This document shows positions 10,249-18,949 of a stretch of 64,000 nucleotides of DNA, in pieces. Both the position numbers and the translations under genes were made by a program. The notes below the pieces were generated by a model. That model did not search any database and was not told the origin of the DNA. It saw only the letters and a program-made list of their open reading frames with translations. Every line of letters begins with the position of its first letter. Within the stretch, counting starts at the first letter, position 1. The stretch is from Candidatus Binatia bacterium (GTDB lineage Bacteria; Desulfobacterota; Binatia; Bin18). The stretch spans positions 2,624,001 through 2,688,000 of the forward strand of contig OY761159.2 in assembly GCA_963664395.2 (NCBI GenBank), written 5' to 3'.

Positions 10249-11289
10249 CTATGGGTGAAACTCCGGCATCACTTCCTTGGCAAACAGTTCCAAGCCCTGC
10301 CGCGCGCGCTGTGGGTCGCGGCCACCGGCGTGAAAATAGAAAGCCACCTGATCGAGACCAAACTCGTCGTCCAACTCGTGCAGCCGGCGGCGGCACTCGG
10401 CCGGGGTGCCGACCACCGCGCGTTCTTCCACGTCGTCCGGCATGGAAAGAATAAATTCGAGGTAGGTACGCATGGGGTCGTGGGCCGGGACTTGACTGAG
10501 AGCCCCACGCGGCACAAATGAGGTGATTAATCCGGTATAGGCGCGGGTGGTCTCGCGCGCGTCGCGCACGGCTTCCTGATGATCGTTATTGACGAACAGA
10601 AAGAAGATACACGTCGTCCGGGTTGGCCCATGTCCGTGTTCCTGCAAGGTGGCCCGGTAGTGCTGGAGTCGGGAGACGACCTCGGGATGGGGCGCGCTCA
10701 ACCAGGGGGCGATAAACGCATTGTCTCCGACCTTACCGGCTCCGTCAAACGATTCACGACTGAGGGTGCCACGATAGATCGGCGGGTGGGGTTGCTGGAC
10801 CGGCTTGGGGCCGACCGACAACGACGGCACCTGCCAAAAGCTGCCCTGATACTCAAAGGGGTCCTCAGTCCAGGCGCGTCGGATAATCTCCAGGGCCTCT
10901 TCATAGCGGGCCCGACTCTCGGCCTGATCGACACAAAATCCCTCAAAATGCTTGGGAACAATACCGCGTCCGGCCCCAAAGTTGAGCCGGCCGTTGCTCA
11001 GGATATCGAGCATGGCAAAGTCCTCGGCCTTCCTGAGCGGATTCTCAAACGGCAGCAGACTGATCGCCGTGCCCAGCCGGATACGCGAGGTCTCGCGCGC
11101 CACGGCGGTCAGAAACATTTGCGGACTGGGACAAATGCCAAACGCATAGAAGTGTTCCTCACCCAGCCAGATCGAGTCAAAGCCGAGTTCCTCGGCCAGG
11201 ATGCAGATATCAAGCGTATCCTGAAAATACCGCACCTCGTCCTGCTTGTCGCGGAAAAAATCGAAAAGAGAAAACAGACCAAATTCCAT
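10249..11289 (-). CDS. LLM class flavin-dependent oxidoreductase (paralog B)
   Basis: MEFGLF...AEELGFDSIWLGEEHF...LDILSNGRLNFGAGRG...PKPVQQPHPP. Confidence 0.92.
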   Translation of the reverse strand: MEFGLFSLFDFFRDKQDEVRYFQDTLDICILAEELGFDSIWLGEEHFYAFGICPSPQMFLTAVARETSRIRLGTAISLLPFENPLRKAEDFAMLDILSNGRLNFGAGRGIVPKHFEGFCVDQAESRARYEEALEIIRRAWTEDPFEYQGSFWQVPSLSVGPKPVQQPHPPIYRGTLSRESFDGAGKVGDNAFIAPWLSAPHPEVVSRLQHYRATLQEHGHGPTRTTCIFFLFVNNDHQEAVRDARETTRAYTGLITSFVPRGALSQVPAHDPMRTYLEFILSMPDDVEERAVVGTPAECRRRLHELDDEFGLDQVAFYFHAGGRDPQRARQGLELFAKEVMPEFHP

Positions 11290-11336
11290 GAGAAACTCCT
11301 TATGCGGGCCGGCCGGGGTGAGCTCGCGCCTCCGGT

Positions 11337-12383
11337 CTAAAGCGATGCGCGAAATTCCGGCATGACCTCATTGGCAAATAATTCCAGTCCATAGCGCGCC
11401 CGCTGGGGGTCGCGCGCCCCGGCGTGAAAATAAAAGGCGACCTGATCGAGACCAAACTCGTCGTCCAACTCGTGCAGCCGGCGGCGGCACTCGGCCGGGG
11501 TGCCGACCACCGCGCGTGCCTCAATCTGGTCGGGCATGGACCGGGCGAAGTCGATGAACTGTCTGACCGGCTCGGCGGTGTGCATCTTGCTGAGCAGTTC
11601 CGCGGGAATCATATTCGTGAACAGACCGGTGTAAGCGCGGGTCACGGCCTGTCCCTCGCGCAGCGCCACATTATGGTCCGGGTCTACGAACAGAAAGAAG
11701 ATGCAGGTGGTCCGTTTCTGACCATGCCCGTTTTCTTCGAGCAGCGTTCGGTAACGCTGGACTCGTTTCCGAACCGTTGGATGGGGTCCGGTGAGCCAGG
11801 GCACGATGAACGCATTATCGCCCACTACCCCTGCGCCTTCAAACGATTCTCTACTGATCGTTCCGCGATAGATGGGCGGGTGGGGCCGCTGGACGGGTTT
11901 GGGTCCGAGTGACAACGACGGCACCTGCCAAAATTTGCCCTGATACGCAAAGGGGTCCTCGGTCCAGGCGCGGCGGATGATTTCCAGCGACTCTTCATAG
12001 CGCGCCCGACTCTCGTCTAACGGCACCCGAAAGCCCTCGAAGTGTTTGGCAATAATGCCGCGCCCGACCCCAAAGTTGAGCCGACCGTTGCTCAGGATAT
12101 CGAGCATGGCAAAGTCTTCGGCCTTCCGCAGCGGATTCTCAAACGGCAGCAGACTGATCGCCGTGCCCAGCCGAATGCGTGAGGTCTCACGGGCGACTGC
12201 GGTCAGGAAAATCTGCGGACTCGGACAAATCCCAAAGGAATAGAAATGCTCCTCCCCGAACCAGACCGAGTCAAAGCCCAGCTCTTCGGCCAGAATGCTC
12301 AGGTCAAGCGTATCCTGAAAATACCGCACCTCGTCCTGTCGATCCCGGAAAAAGTCGAATAACGAGAATAAGCCGAATTCCAC
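11337..12383 (-). CDS. LLM class flavin-dependent oxidoreductase (paralog A)
   Basis: Same motifs and highly similar to the neighbouring paralog. Confidence 0.92.
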   Translation of the reverse strand: MEFGLFSLFDFFRDRQDEVRYFQDTLDLSILAEELGFDSVWFGEEHFYSFGICPSPQIFLTAVARETSRIRLGTAISLLPFENPLRKAEDFAMLDILSNGRLNFGVGRGIIAKHFEGFRVPLDESRARYEESLEIIRRAWTEDPFAYQGKFWQVPSLSLGPKPVQRPHPPIYRGTISRESFEGAGVVGDNAFIVPWLTGPHPTVRKRVQRYRTLLEENGHGQKRTTCIFFLFVDPDHNVALREGQAVTRAYTGLFTNMIPAELLSKMHTAEPVRQFIDFARSMPDQIEARAVVGTPAECRRRLHELDDEFGLDQVAFYFHAGARDPQRARYGLELFANEVMPEFRASL

Positions 12384-12512
12384 GAATACCCTCCCTGAGT
12401 ACGTTTACTCTTCTTCTTTGCCCTTCACTGGCAAAGGAATGACACGTGACGCTGTACGCCTCGCACCAGCAATATACGCGGCTGCCTCATCTGCCAAGAG
12501 CAAAGCAGCGTA

Positions 12513-12573
12513 CGTCTCGGAGTTGACTTAACCGACGGGGTCCGGGATAGGCTGGGCGGCCCAAAAAGTTCTC
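12513..12573 (+). repeat. Direct repeat copy 1 (~60 bp) containing a sigma70-like promoter
   Basis: CGTCTCGGAGTTGACTTAACCGACGGGGTCCGGGATAGG... matches 13383-13442; TTGACT-N17-GATAGG. Confidence 0.85.
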
Positions 12574-12600
12574 CAGTGGAAAAGGAAGGGGTGGCGGTAT

Positions 12601-13374
12601 ATGCTTCCCAGGATGAGTCGGCAACTCAAATGGAAGCTGGCTGCGGCTGGCGCCCTGGTCTGGGCGCTCTCCCTGCCGCTGGCGCATGGGGCGGAACTCG
12701 ATACGCTGACCGACCGGATTGTCGGCGGCACCGCGCTGCTGCGCGCTCACCGGCCCAGCCTGAGCACCCGGGCGCTGCACGAGGCGGCGCTCCGCTTTCA
12801 ACAGTCTCGCCACTCCCGAACAGACAGGTTGCGCAGGCAGTATGCCGAGTTGACCGCCGCGTTCAGCAATGTCCGCGCGTCGTACGGATTTGCCCTGGAC
12901 CGTGAGGTGAAGTTCATCCTGGTCCACCTTCAACAAGATATTCGTGCGGTGGACGGAAGACTCGTGTCCACGTTTGATCCGTCTCCGTCTCCGTCTCCGT
13001 CTCCGTCTCCGTCTCCGTCTTCCTCCCAGGTGTACTCATATGGCTTCATTCGGGAGGAGACGTGTCTCGGCGGAAACGCAGCCGGTAAGCGACCCTGCCC
13101 CAATCAGACCAACGTGCTGACGTTCCGACTGCCGCGCGGCACGGCGCGTGTCACCAACTTGGTCGGAGAGTGGCGCGACTACGGACTCAAGGGGAAGCTG
13201 CTGGTCCATATCGACGGCGTCCGGGTGTGGCGGACCGACGTGAAGAAAAAATGGGACCGGGACAGAAAAATCCTCGACCACCCCGTTCCGTCCGGGGCAA
13301 CCGTCAGCCTGCGCAGCGAGAACGGCGACCCGGTCTGGATCCGTCGGTTCGAGGTCAAGTATGCCCGAGACTGA
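12601..13374 (+). CDS. Secreted hypothetical protein with (PS)7 linker
   Basis: Signal peptide ending AHG/A; helical N-domain, PS linker, beta-rich C-domain with 2 Cys. Confidence 0.75.
   Translation: MLPRMSRQLKWKLAAAGALVWALSLPLAHGAELDTLTDRIVGGTALLRAHRPSLSTRALHEAALRFQQSRHSRTDRLRRQYAELTAAFSNVRASYGFALDREVKFILVHLQQDIRAVDGRLVSTFDPSPSPSPSPSPSPSSSQVYSYGFIREETCLGGNAAGKRPCPNQTNVLTFRLPRGTARVTNLVGEWRDYGLKGKLLVHIDGVRVWRTDVKKKWDRDRKILDHPVPSGATVSLRSENGDPVWIRRFEVKYARD
12979..13020 (+). repeat. (CCGTCT)7 in-frame hexanucleotide tandem repeat
   Basis: Seven perfect copies read directly; they encode PSPSPSPSPSPSPS. Confidence 0.95.
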
Positions 13375-13382
13375 ATCGGCCG

Positions 13383-13442
13383 CGTCTCGGAGTTGACTTA
13401 ACCGCCGGCGTCCAGGATAGTCTGGGGGCTCAGAAAATTCTC
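13383..13442 (+). promoter_or_regulatory. Direct repeat copy 2; probable promoter of the GST gene
   Basis: TTGACT-N17-GATAGT, followed by CAGGAGG RBS and the GST ATG at 13460. Confidence 0.7.
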
Positions 13443-13459
13443 TACAGGAGGCGTTTGGT

Positions 13460-14104
13460 ATGAAGATGTATAGTTATCAGCTCAGTAATTTTGCCGGAAA
13501 GTGCCGGGTCGCGGCCTATGAAAAAGGGCTCAACATCGAGTTTGTTGACCCGCGCGAAAACCCAGGCCAAAAAGAGTACAAAAAAATCAATCCAACCGGA
13601 AAAGTCCCGGCCCTGGAAACCGACGACGGACAGCTCATTGCCGAGTCGGAAGTCATTAACGAGTATCTGGAAGATAAGTTTCCGGAGACTGCGCTGCTGC
13701 CGCGCGATGCGGAAGGACGCGCCGCTGTTCGTTCCATTACGCGCTATCACGATCTGTATCTTGATCCGCCGATGCGGGCGTGTTTCCCCAAGCTGTTCGG
13801 CCAAGATCTTGATGACAAGTTCATTGCAGACAAGATCGCCGAGTTGAATACCAATCTCGATCAGCTTGAAGCTTCGACTTCCGATGGGCCCTGGCTGGCC
13901 GGCGATAATTTTACCCTGGCTGATGCCGCCATCGCGCCGACTTTGTTCCTCATGGATAATCTGCTGCCGAACTTCGGCTCAAAGAAGCCGTTTGAGGGCC
14001 GGCCCAAACTGGCTGCCTGGTGGCAGCGCATCCAAGAGCGGGAGTCCACAAAGAAAGTGCTGGGCGAACAAGGGGCTGCCCTGGCAGCCATGATGAAAAA
14101 ATAG
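13460..14104 (+). CDS. Glutathione S-transferase family protein
   Basis: INPTGKVPAL, ESEVINEYLE, WLAGDNFTLAD, PKLAAWWQRI. Confidence 0.95.
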   Translation: MKMYSYQLSNFAGKCRVAAYEKGLNIEFVDPRENPGQKEYKKINPTGKVPALETDDGQLIAESEVINEYLEDKFPETALLPRDAEGRAAVRSITRYHDLYLDPPMRACFPKLFGQDLDDKFIADKIAELNTNLDQLEASTSDGPWLAGDNFTLADAAIAPTLFLMDNLLPNFGSKKPFEGRPKLAAWWQRIQERESTKKVLGEQGAALAAMMKK

Positions 14105-14149
14105 ATGAAGTCGTAAGAAGACCATCAGTCTGAGACTGAGCGGAAAAAC

Positions 14150-14179
14150 AAAAGGGCGGCGGTATGGCCGCCCTTTTTT
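14150..14179. terminator. Bidirectional intrinsic terminator
   Basis: AAAAGGGCGGC-ggtatg-GCCGCCCTTTTTT between convergent genes. Confidence 0.88.
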
Positions 14180-14185
14180 CGTGGG

Positions 14186-14839
14186 CTACGGTACTCTCTC
14201 CTTGGGCTCAGCAGGAGTCGGAGGAACAAGGCGATTGTACAGATTTTTCCAGCGCTCGACTTCTTCACTCAGGGTGTGTGTGACCTCGTCTCGGGTCTGC
14301 TGCAAGGTATCCAATAAATTTTCTACACTGTCTTCGAGTTGGCGTTTTTCTTCGGACTTCTCGGTCGTGTCCAAGGCTTTGTTCAACGTCTCTACGTGTT
14401 GGGTGAAGGTGTGGACCGCGCGTTCCATGGCCGCTAACTGCCGGCGCAGTTCCACTTCCACCTCAGACTCTGCCCCGCCGATGACACTACCCGGCGGGAG
14501 AGGGGCACTCTGAGGATCAAACACCACTAGGCGCAGCACTGGTCGAGCGGTGCCTGTTGGCTCCATTACAAAAAATGTCGCGCGTTCGCGGAGCCTGGTC
14601 CGGGCGTCTGAGACAAGTGTGATGACAATATGGGCCGGTGTCGTATGCGTATCCACCCGCACAACGTGGCCGATAGCCTGGCCCGCTTCTTCAACACGGT
14701 CTCCGGCTTGCATGCCTTTACTGGAACGGAATGCAACAATCCATGTTGGTGCTGTCGGTGCTGTTGGTGGAGTGGCCGAGACGGTCAGAAAAAGACACAG
14801 GGGGAGTCCCATACCAAGAGACCAAATGAGTGGGCGCAT
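14186..14839 (-). CDS. MlaD/MCE-like protein with C-terminal coiled coil
   Basis: N-terminal TM; FRSSKGMQAGDRVEEAGQAIGHVVRV resembles the MCE motif; helical C-terminus. Confidence 0.6.
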   Translation of the reverse strand: MRPLIWSLGMGLPLCLFLTVSATPPTAPTAPTWIVAFRSSKGMQAGDRVEEAGQAIGHVVRVDTHTTPAHIVITLVSDARTRLRERATFFVMEPTGTARPVLRLVVFDPQSAPLPPGSVIGGAESEVEVELRRQLAAMERAVHTFTQHVETLNKALDTTEKSEEKRQLEDSVENLLDTLQQTRDEVTHTLSEEVERWKNLYNRLVPPTPAEPKERVP

Positions 14840-14972
14840 CGGTGTCCTCCGTCAAAATGAGCGGACAGTAGTAGACCTGCCTGCCAGGAGAGGACAAACA
14901 CGTCCCGGAGAGTTGCACAATACTCTGGTCGAAAAAAGCCGTGTTCTCGCCCAACCGGTCAGGAAAATATGC

Positions 14973-15335
14973 CTATCCGTCTGTACATTTCGGGTCGCAC
15001 TGGGCTGCTTGCCCGGCCGCGTCTTTTTCGCACGACTCGCTCGTCGCATAGGTGTTTTTTTGGTCCAGACACTCAAGAATTTTGTTGATCTGGACAGTCA
15101 TGCAGTTCCTGAAACACTCCGGTGCGCTTTCTCCACCCGCGGCTTCCAGGGAGTCGTTTACATAGGTTAAGAGCGCCCCAAAACGAGCCAGTACGTTCGT
15201 CGCACCTGTTTCAGCCGGTTTTGATGGTGTATACCCCTCTGGATAGCCATCCGCGGCTCCGGCAGGAGAAGCGGCTAAAACAGTTCCTAAACAGAGCCCC
15301 ACACACAGGGTGAGGAGGGTCTTCTTTATTGGCAT
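14973..15335 (-). CDS. Small secreted 6-Cys protein (paralog B)
   Basis: Start MPIKK after GAAGAGG; signal peptide; Cx3Cx10Cx12Cx10Cx3C; homologous to its neighbour. Confidence 0.85.
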   Translation of the reverse strand: MPIKKTLLTLCVGLCLGTVLAASPAGAADGYPEGYTPSKPAETGATNVLARFGALLTYVNDSLEAAGGESAPECFRNCMTVQINKILECLDQKNTYATSESCEKDAAGQAAQCDPKCTDG

Positions 15336-15426
15336 ACTTTTCCTCTTCCTTCCTTTTTTTCCTTCAAACTCCATGAAAAAATCATAAAGAAGTTCTGTCG
15401 AGTAGCCGGGCGCTTTCCCCGTCCGG

Positions 15427-15798
15427 TTACGAACCTGAATCACTGCATTTCGGGTCGCAGGCCGCCATTTTTTGAGCCGCATTCTTTTCGCACGATTCGC
15501 TTGAGTCATAGGAATCATTGGCTTCGGCACAGGCCAGGACTTCATTCCACGGCGCGACCAGACAGCCTCGATAACATTCGGCTGATTTTTCTCCGCCGGC
15601 CGCATCAAGTTTATCTGTCATATAGGCGGTAACCGCAAAGACTCGGTCCAGACTCTTTCTCCGTCCACCTTCTGCCTGAGTGGATGGTGTATAGTCCTCC
15701 GGATAGCCTTCTTCGGCAAAGCCTTGAGAAGGACTCACAAGGGCCAGGCTCAAGATGATGCCGCTCACACATACTGGTCTATATAATCTTTGGTGCAT
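15427..15798 (-). CDS. Small secreted 6-Cys protein (paralog A)
   Basis: RBS AAGGAGAGG; signal peptide; GYPEDYTPS and the same Cys spacing as paralog B. Confidence 0.85.
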   Translation of the reverse strand: MHQRLYRPVCVSGIILSLALVSPSQGFAEEGYPEDYTPSTQAEGGRRKSLDRVFAVTAYMTDKLDAAGGEKSAECYRGCLVAPWNEVLACAEANDSYDSSESCEKNAAQKMAACDPKCSDSGS

Positions 15799-15917
15799 AG
15801 CCTCTCCTCCTTATTGAGGGATCGAGTATTTCATACCTTCCTGGCTACGGTTGCGCAACTCCAAAGAGCAGACTAAGGACAAGGGAATGCCTGCCGATGG
15901 CTTGCGGTGAAGAGCGT

Positions 15918-16286
15918 ATGCGTCCTGCCATTTCTGTCTGTATTATCCGGCTCTGCCCTCTCGCCTCGATCATTGTCGCGTTATGGTGGCCGGCTCTTAT
16001 CTCCGACCCTCTCTACACTCCCCGTCACACCCGCTTGACTCAGCAGGAACTTTCTCTCCCCAACGGAGCTATTCCGCAGACAGCCGATGAGCGGGCGCTG
16101 GCCATCTTTTGGATGTGGCAGCAACGGACTCTGGTTGAAGACCCGTGGCTCTTTGGGCCGTGCCAAGGGCTGCGTAATGTCACTGGACGCAATCAGACCC
16201 TTGTGGTGATTGCGTGTATCTGGCTCGTACGAGGGGGGCTCTTTCTATGGGAGCGCTCCGCTGCAAACCCTGCTCGGAACATATGA
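15918..16286 (+). CDS. Hypothetical membrane protein (uncertain)
   Basis: ORF with two hydrophobic segments filling the gap; no motif recognised. Confidence 0.3.
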   Translation: MRPAISVCIIRLCPLASIIVALWWPALISDPLYTPRHTRLTQQELSLPNGAIPQTADERALAIFWMWQQRTLVEDPWLFGPCQGLRNVTGRNQTLVVIACIWLVRGGLFLWERSAANPARNI

Positions 16287-16353
16287 AATCCGTTGTTCTT
16301 TCCTGGATTCTTCCCTCTAGTTATGGTAGAGCCTGGGAAAAGAGGGAGGTCCC

Positions 16354-18402
16354 ATGGCTCATACTGTCCAGGTCGCGTGCCCCCATGACTGTCCGGATTC
16401 ATGTCTCATGAATGTGACCGTTGATCACGATCGAGCGGTCAAGATTACAGCGAGCAAAGAACATCCATTTACGCGTGGGGCCTTGTGCGCAAAGGTCAAC
16501 AAGTTTCTGGATCGTGTCTACGCGCCGGACCGCTTGCTATACCCGGTCAAGCGGGTCGGCCCGAAAGGGCCCGGGGCGCAGTTCGTCCGGATTTCGTGGG
16601 ATGAAGCCGTCACGACCATTATAGAGAAAATGCACGCCACGATGGCAACGCACGGACCGCAGTCTATTCTGCCGTATTCATATCGGGGCAATAACGGGGT
16701 GTATCAAAGCAATGGGATCGACCGGCGCTTCTTTCATGCGCTGGGCGCATCCACCCTGGCGCGCACGATTTGCGCCGGTGGGTTGTTTGGCGCAATGGAT
16801 TACTCCGACGTGTTCTTTGGCTTTGCCCCAGAGGGCCTGGTTGAGAGTAAACTCATCATTTTCTGGGCCTCGAATCCACTGAACACGGGTTTTCACATCT
16901 GGCCATTCGTCCGTCAGGCACAGCGCCGGGGGGCGCGGCTGGTTGCCATCGACCCGTATCGTTCGCGGACCGCCCGGGCGTGCGATGAACATATTGCCGT
17001 CCGGCCAGGAACCGACGCCGCCTTGGCCTTGGCCATGATGAAAGTCATTGAAGAAGAAGGTCTGGCCGATCTCGACTATGTACAGCAGCATACCATCGGC
17101 TCCGAGCCATTTTTCAGACGCTTGCGGTCACTCTCGCTCACCGACCTGGCGCAGACGTGCGACGTTCCGGTGAACACTATTCAGGATTTCGCGCATACCT
17201 ATGCGACGACCCGGCCGGCTGCGATCCGAACCGGCGTTGGCATTCAGCGCAACGGCGGTGGCGCGGCGGCCGTCCGGGCCGTGGCCTGTCTGCCGGCGCT
17301 GACCGGTGCCTGGGGTGAGGTCGGTGGGGGCCTGTGTAACTTCGGTGGAGCCATGTTTACCGCCCAGAATATCAAACAAGTCATGCGCTTTGATCTCTCG
17401 CCGGCGGGGACACGTGAGCTCAATATGATGCGGCTGGCTGAGCATTTACTCGATCCGACTTTTGATCCGCCCATCAACGTGCTGTATGTCTATAATTGCA
17501 ATCCGGCTGCCTCGATGCCTGATCAAGCAGGGCTGAGGCGGGCGCTGCAACGGGCGGACCTGTTTACTGTCGTCCACGATCTCTTCCTGACGGATAGCGC
17601 GGACTATGCGGATATTGTCCTGCCGGCGACTTCTCCGCTTGAGCAGGACGATATTATTCTGGCGTATGGCGGTGATTTTGGAAGTTTCAGCCGTAAGGCG
17701 CTTGAACCGCTGGGCGAAGCAAAGTCGAATGCCGACGTGTTTCAGTTGTTGGCCACAGGGCTTGGCATCACTGAGCCGGCGGTGCATGCGTCGGCGGAGG
17801 AATTTGTCAGTGACACCTTACAGGACGGGCTGTCTGCCGACGAATTCCTGTCTCGTCCCTTTATGCCGACCCGCCCTGAGCCCGACCTGCTGCCCCGTGC
17901 GCAGGGCGGCTTCCTGACTCCGTCGGGAAAGTTTGAGTTCTTCTGTGAAAAAATGGAGCGGGACGGACTTGACCCGCTGCCGGCCTTTGTCCCTCCCCAC
18001 GAGACGGTGTGCGCTGGCCCGTTTCCGCTGAATTTCCTGCCGCGCAAGCATAAGGATTCGCTGAACTCCTCCTATGGTCATTTGCCGGTGATGCGTCGTC
18101 AGGAATCCACGGCCAGGACCTTGGAAATCCACCCGCACGATGCAGTCACACGCGGATTGGACACTGGCGATGAGGTGCGCGTATTCAACGACCGCGGCGC
18201 GTTCATTCTGCCGGTTGTCATTTCTGAGCAGGTCCAAGCTGGCACGGTTGCAACCTTCTGGGGCTGGTGGGACAAATTGTCCGGGGGGAAGGGCAATGTC
18301 AATAATGTGACTTCGACCCAACTGACGGACCTTGGCGGCGGTGGAACCTTTTACGACTGCCGAGTTGAGGTGGAACGCTGGGACGGGCAGGCACTCGCAT
18401 AA
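16354..18402 (+). CDS. Molybdopterin-dependent oxidoreductase (DMSO reductase superfamily, N-terminal Fe-S)
   Basis: CPHDCPDSC...LCAK, ISWDEA, RPGTDAAL, DYADIVLPA, TPSGKFEF, C-terminal IHPHDA dinucleotide-binding domain. Confidence 0.93.
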   Translation: MAHTVQVACPHDCPDSCLMNVTVDHDRAVKITASKEHPFTRGALCAKVNKFLDRVYAPDRLLYPVKRVGPKGPGAQFVRISWDEAVTTIIEKMHATMATHGPQSILPYSYRGNNGVYQSNGIDRRFFHALGASTLARTICAGGLFGAMDYSDVFFGFAPEGLVESKLIIFWASNPLNTGFHIWPFVRQAQRRGARLVAIDPYRSRTARACDEHIAVRPGTDAALALAMMKVIEEEGLADLDYVQQHTIGSEPFFRRLRSLSLTDLAQTCDVPVNTIQDFAHTYATTRPAAIRTGVGIQRNGGGAAAVRAVACLPALTGAWGEVGGGLCNFGGAMFTAQNIKQVMRFDLSPAGTRELNMMRLAEHLLDPTFDPPINVLYVYNCNPAASMPDQAGLRRALQRADLFTVVHDLFLTDSADYADIVLPATSPLEQDDIILAYGGDFGSFSRKALEPLGEAKSNADVFQLLATGLGITEPAVHASAEEFVSDTLQDGLSADEFLSRPFMPTRPEPDLLPRAQGGFLTPSGKFEFFCEKMERDGLDPLPAFVPPHETVCAGPFPLNFLPRKHKDSLNSSYGHLPVMRRQESTARTLEIHPHDAVTRGLDTGDEVRVFNDRGAFILPVVISEQVQAGTVATFWGWWDKLSGGKGNVNNVTSTQLTDLGGGGTFYDCRVEVERWDGQALA

Positions 18403-18435
18403 GACAGCAGCAGCCCGGCTGAAGAGGAATCAAGC

Positions 18436-18864
18436 ATGCCACGTATGGAGTCAGTCGATAATCTCCCTACTGCCATAATTCGAGTCCGCATGAGTGCGCA
18501 TGATGCCCACTATGGAGGAAATCTGGTTGATGGCGCAAAAATGCTACAGCTCTTCGGAGATGTTGGGACAGAGCTGAATATCCGTTTGGATGGCGATGAA
18601 GGGCTCTTTCGAGCCTATGACAATATAGAATTCCTCTCCCCCGTCTATGCCGGAGATTTCATTGAGGCGCAGGGGCGTATCACCAGGGTCGGACGCACCT
18701 CCCGCAAACTCGAATTTGAAGCCTGGAAAGTCATTGGCCCGCGGCCGGACCTCTCGGATTCGGCCGCAGACGTGCTGGAAGAGCCTGTTTTGGTCTGCAA
18801 AGCGAGTGGAACAGGGGTAACGCTGCTCGAAAGACAGCGGCGGAAACAGCGAAAAGTCCGCTAA
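18436..18864 (+). CDS. kal: 3-aminobutyryl-CoA ammonia-lyase-like hotdog protein
   Basis: [17 protein letters not shown]...FGDVGTEL...[10 protein letters not shown]...[10 protein letters not shown], characteristic of Kal. Confidence 0.82.
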   Translation: MPRMESVDNLPTAIIRVRMSAHDAHYGGNLVDGAKMLQLFGDVGTELNIRLDGDEGLFRAYDNIEFLSPVYAGDFIEAQGRITRVGRTSRKLEFEAWKVIGPRPDLSDSAADVLEEPVLVCKASGTGVTLLERQRRKQRKVR

Positions 18865-18901
18865 CCCAAAATGGACAGAATGGACAGGACGCTCGCTCTA
18901 A

Positions 18902-18925
18902 AGAGGGGCGCCCGCCCGCCCCTCT
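18902..18925. terminator. GC hairpin between convergent genes
   Basis: AGAGGGGCG-cccgcc-CGCCCCTCT; no U-tract. Confidence 0.4.
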
Positions 18926-18949
18926 CCTGAAGACTCCGTGGACAGCGCA

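Noticed and set aside
15336-15608. N-terminal extension of ORF 14973-15608 (and similar extensions at 10396, 54317, 59518)
   Set aside because: These extensions overlap neighbouring genes or lack homology-like content. Internal ATGs with an RBS, signal peptide or family N-terminus are the better starts.
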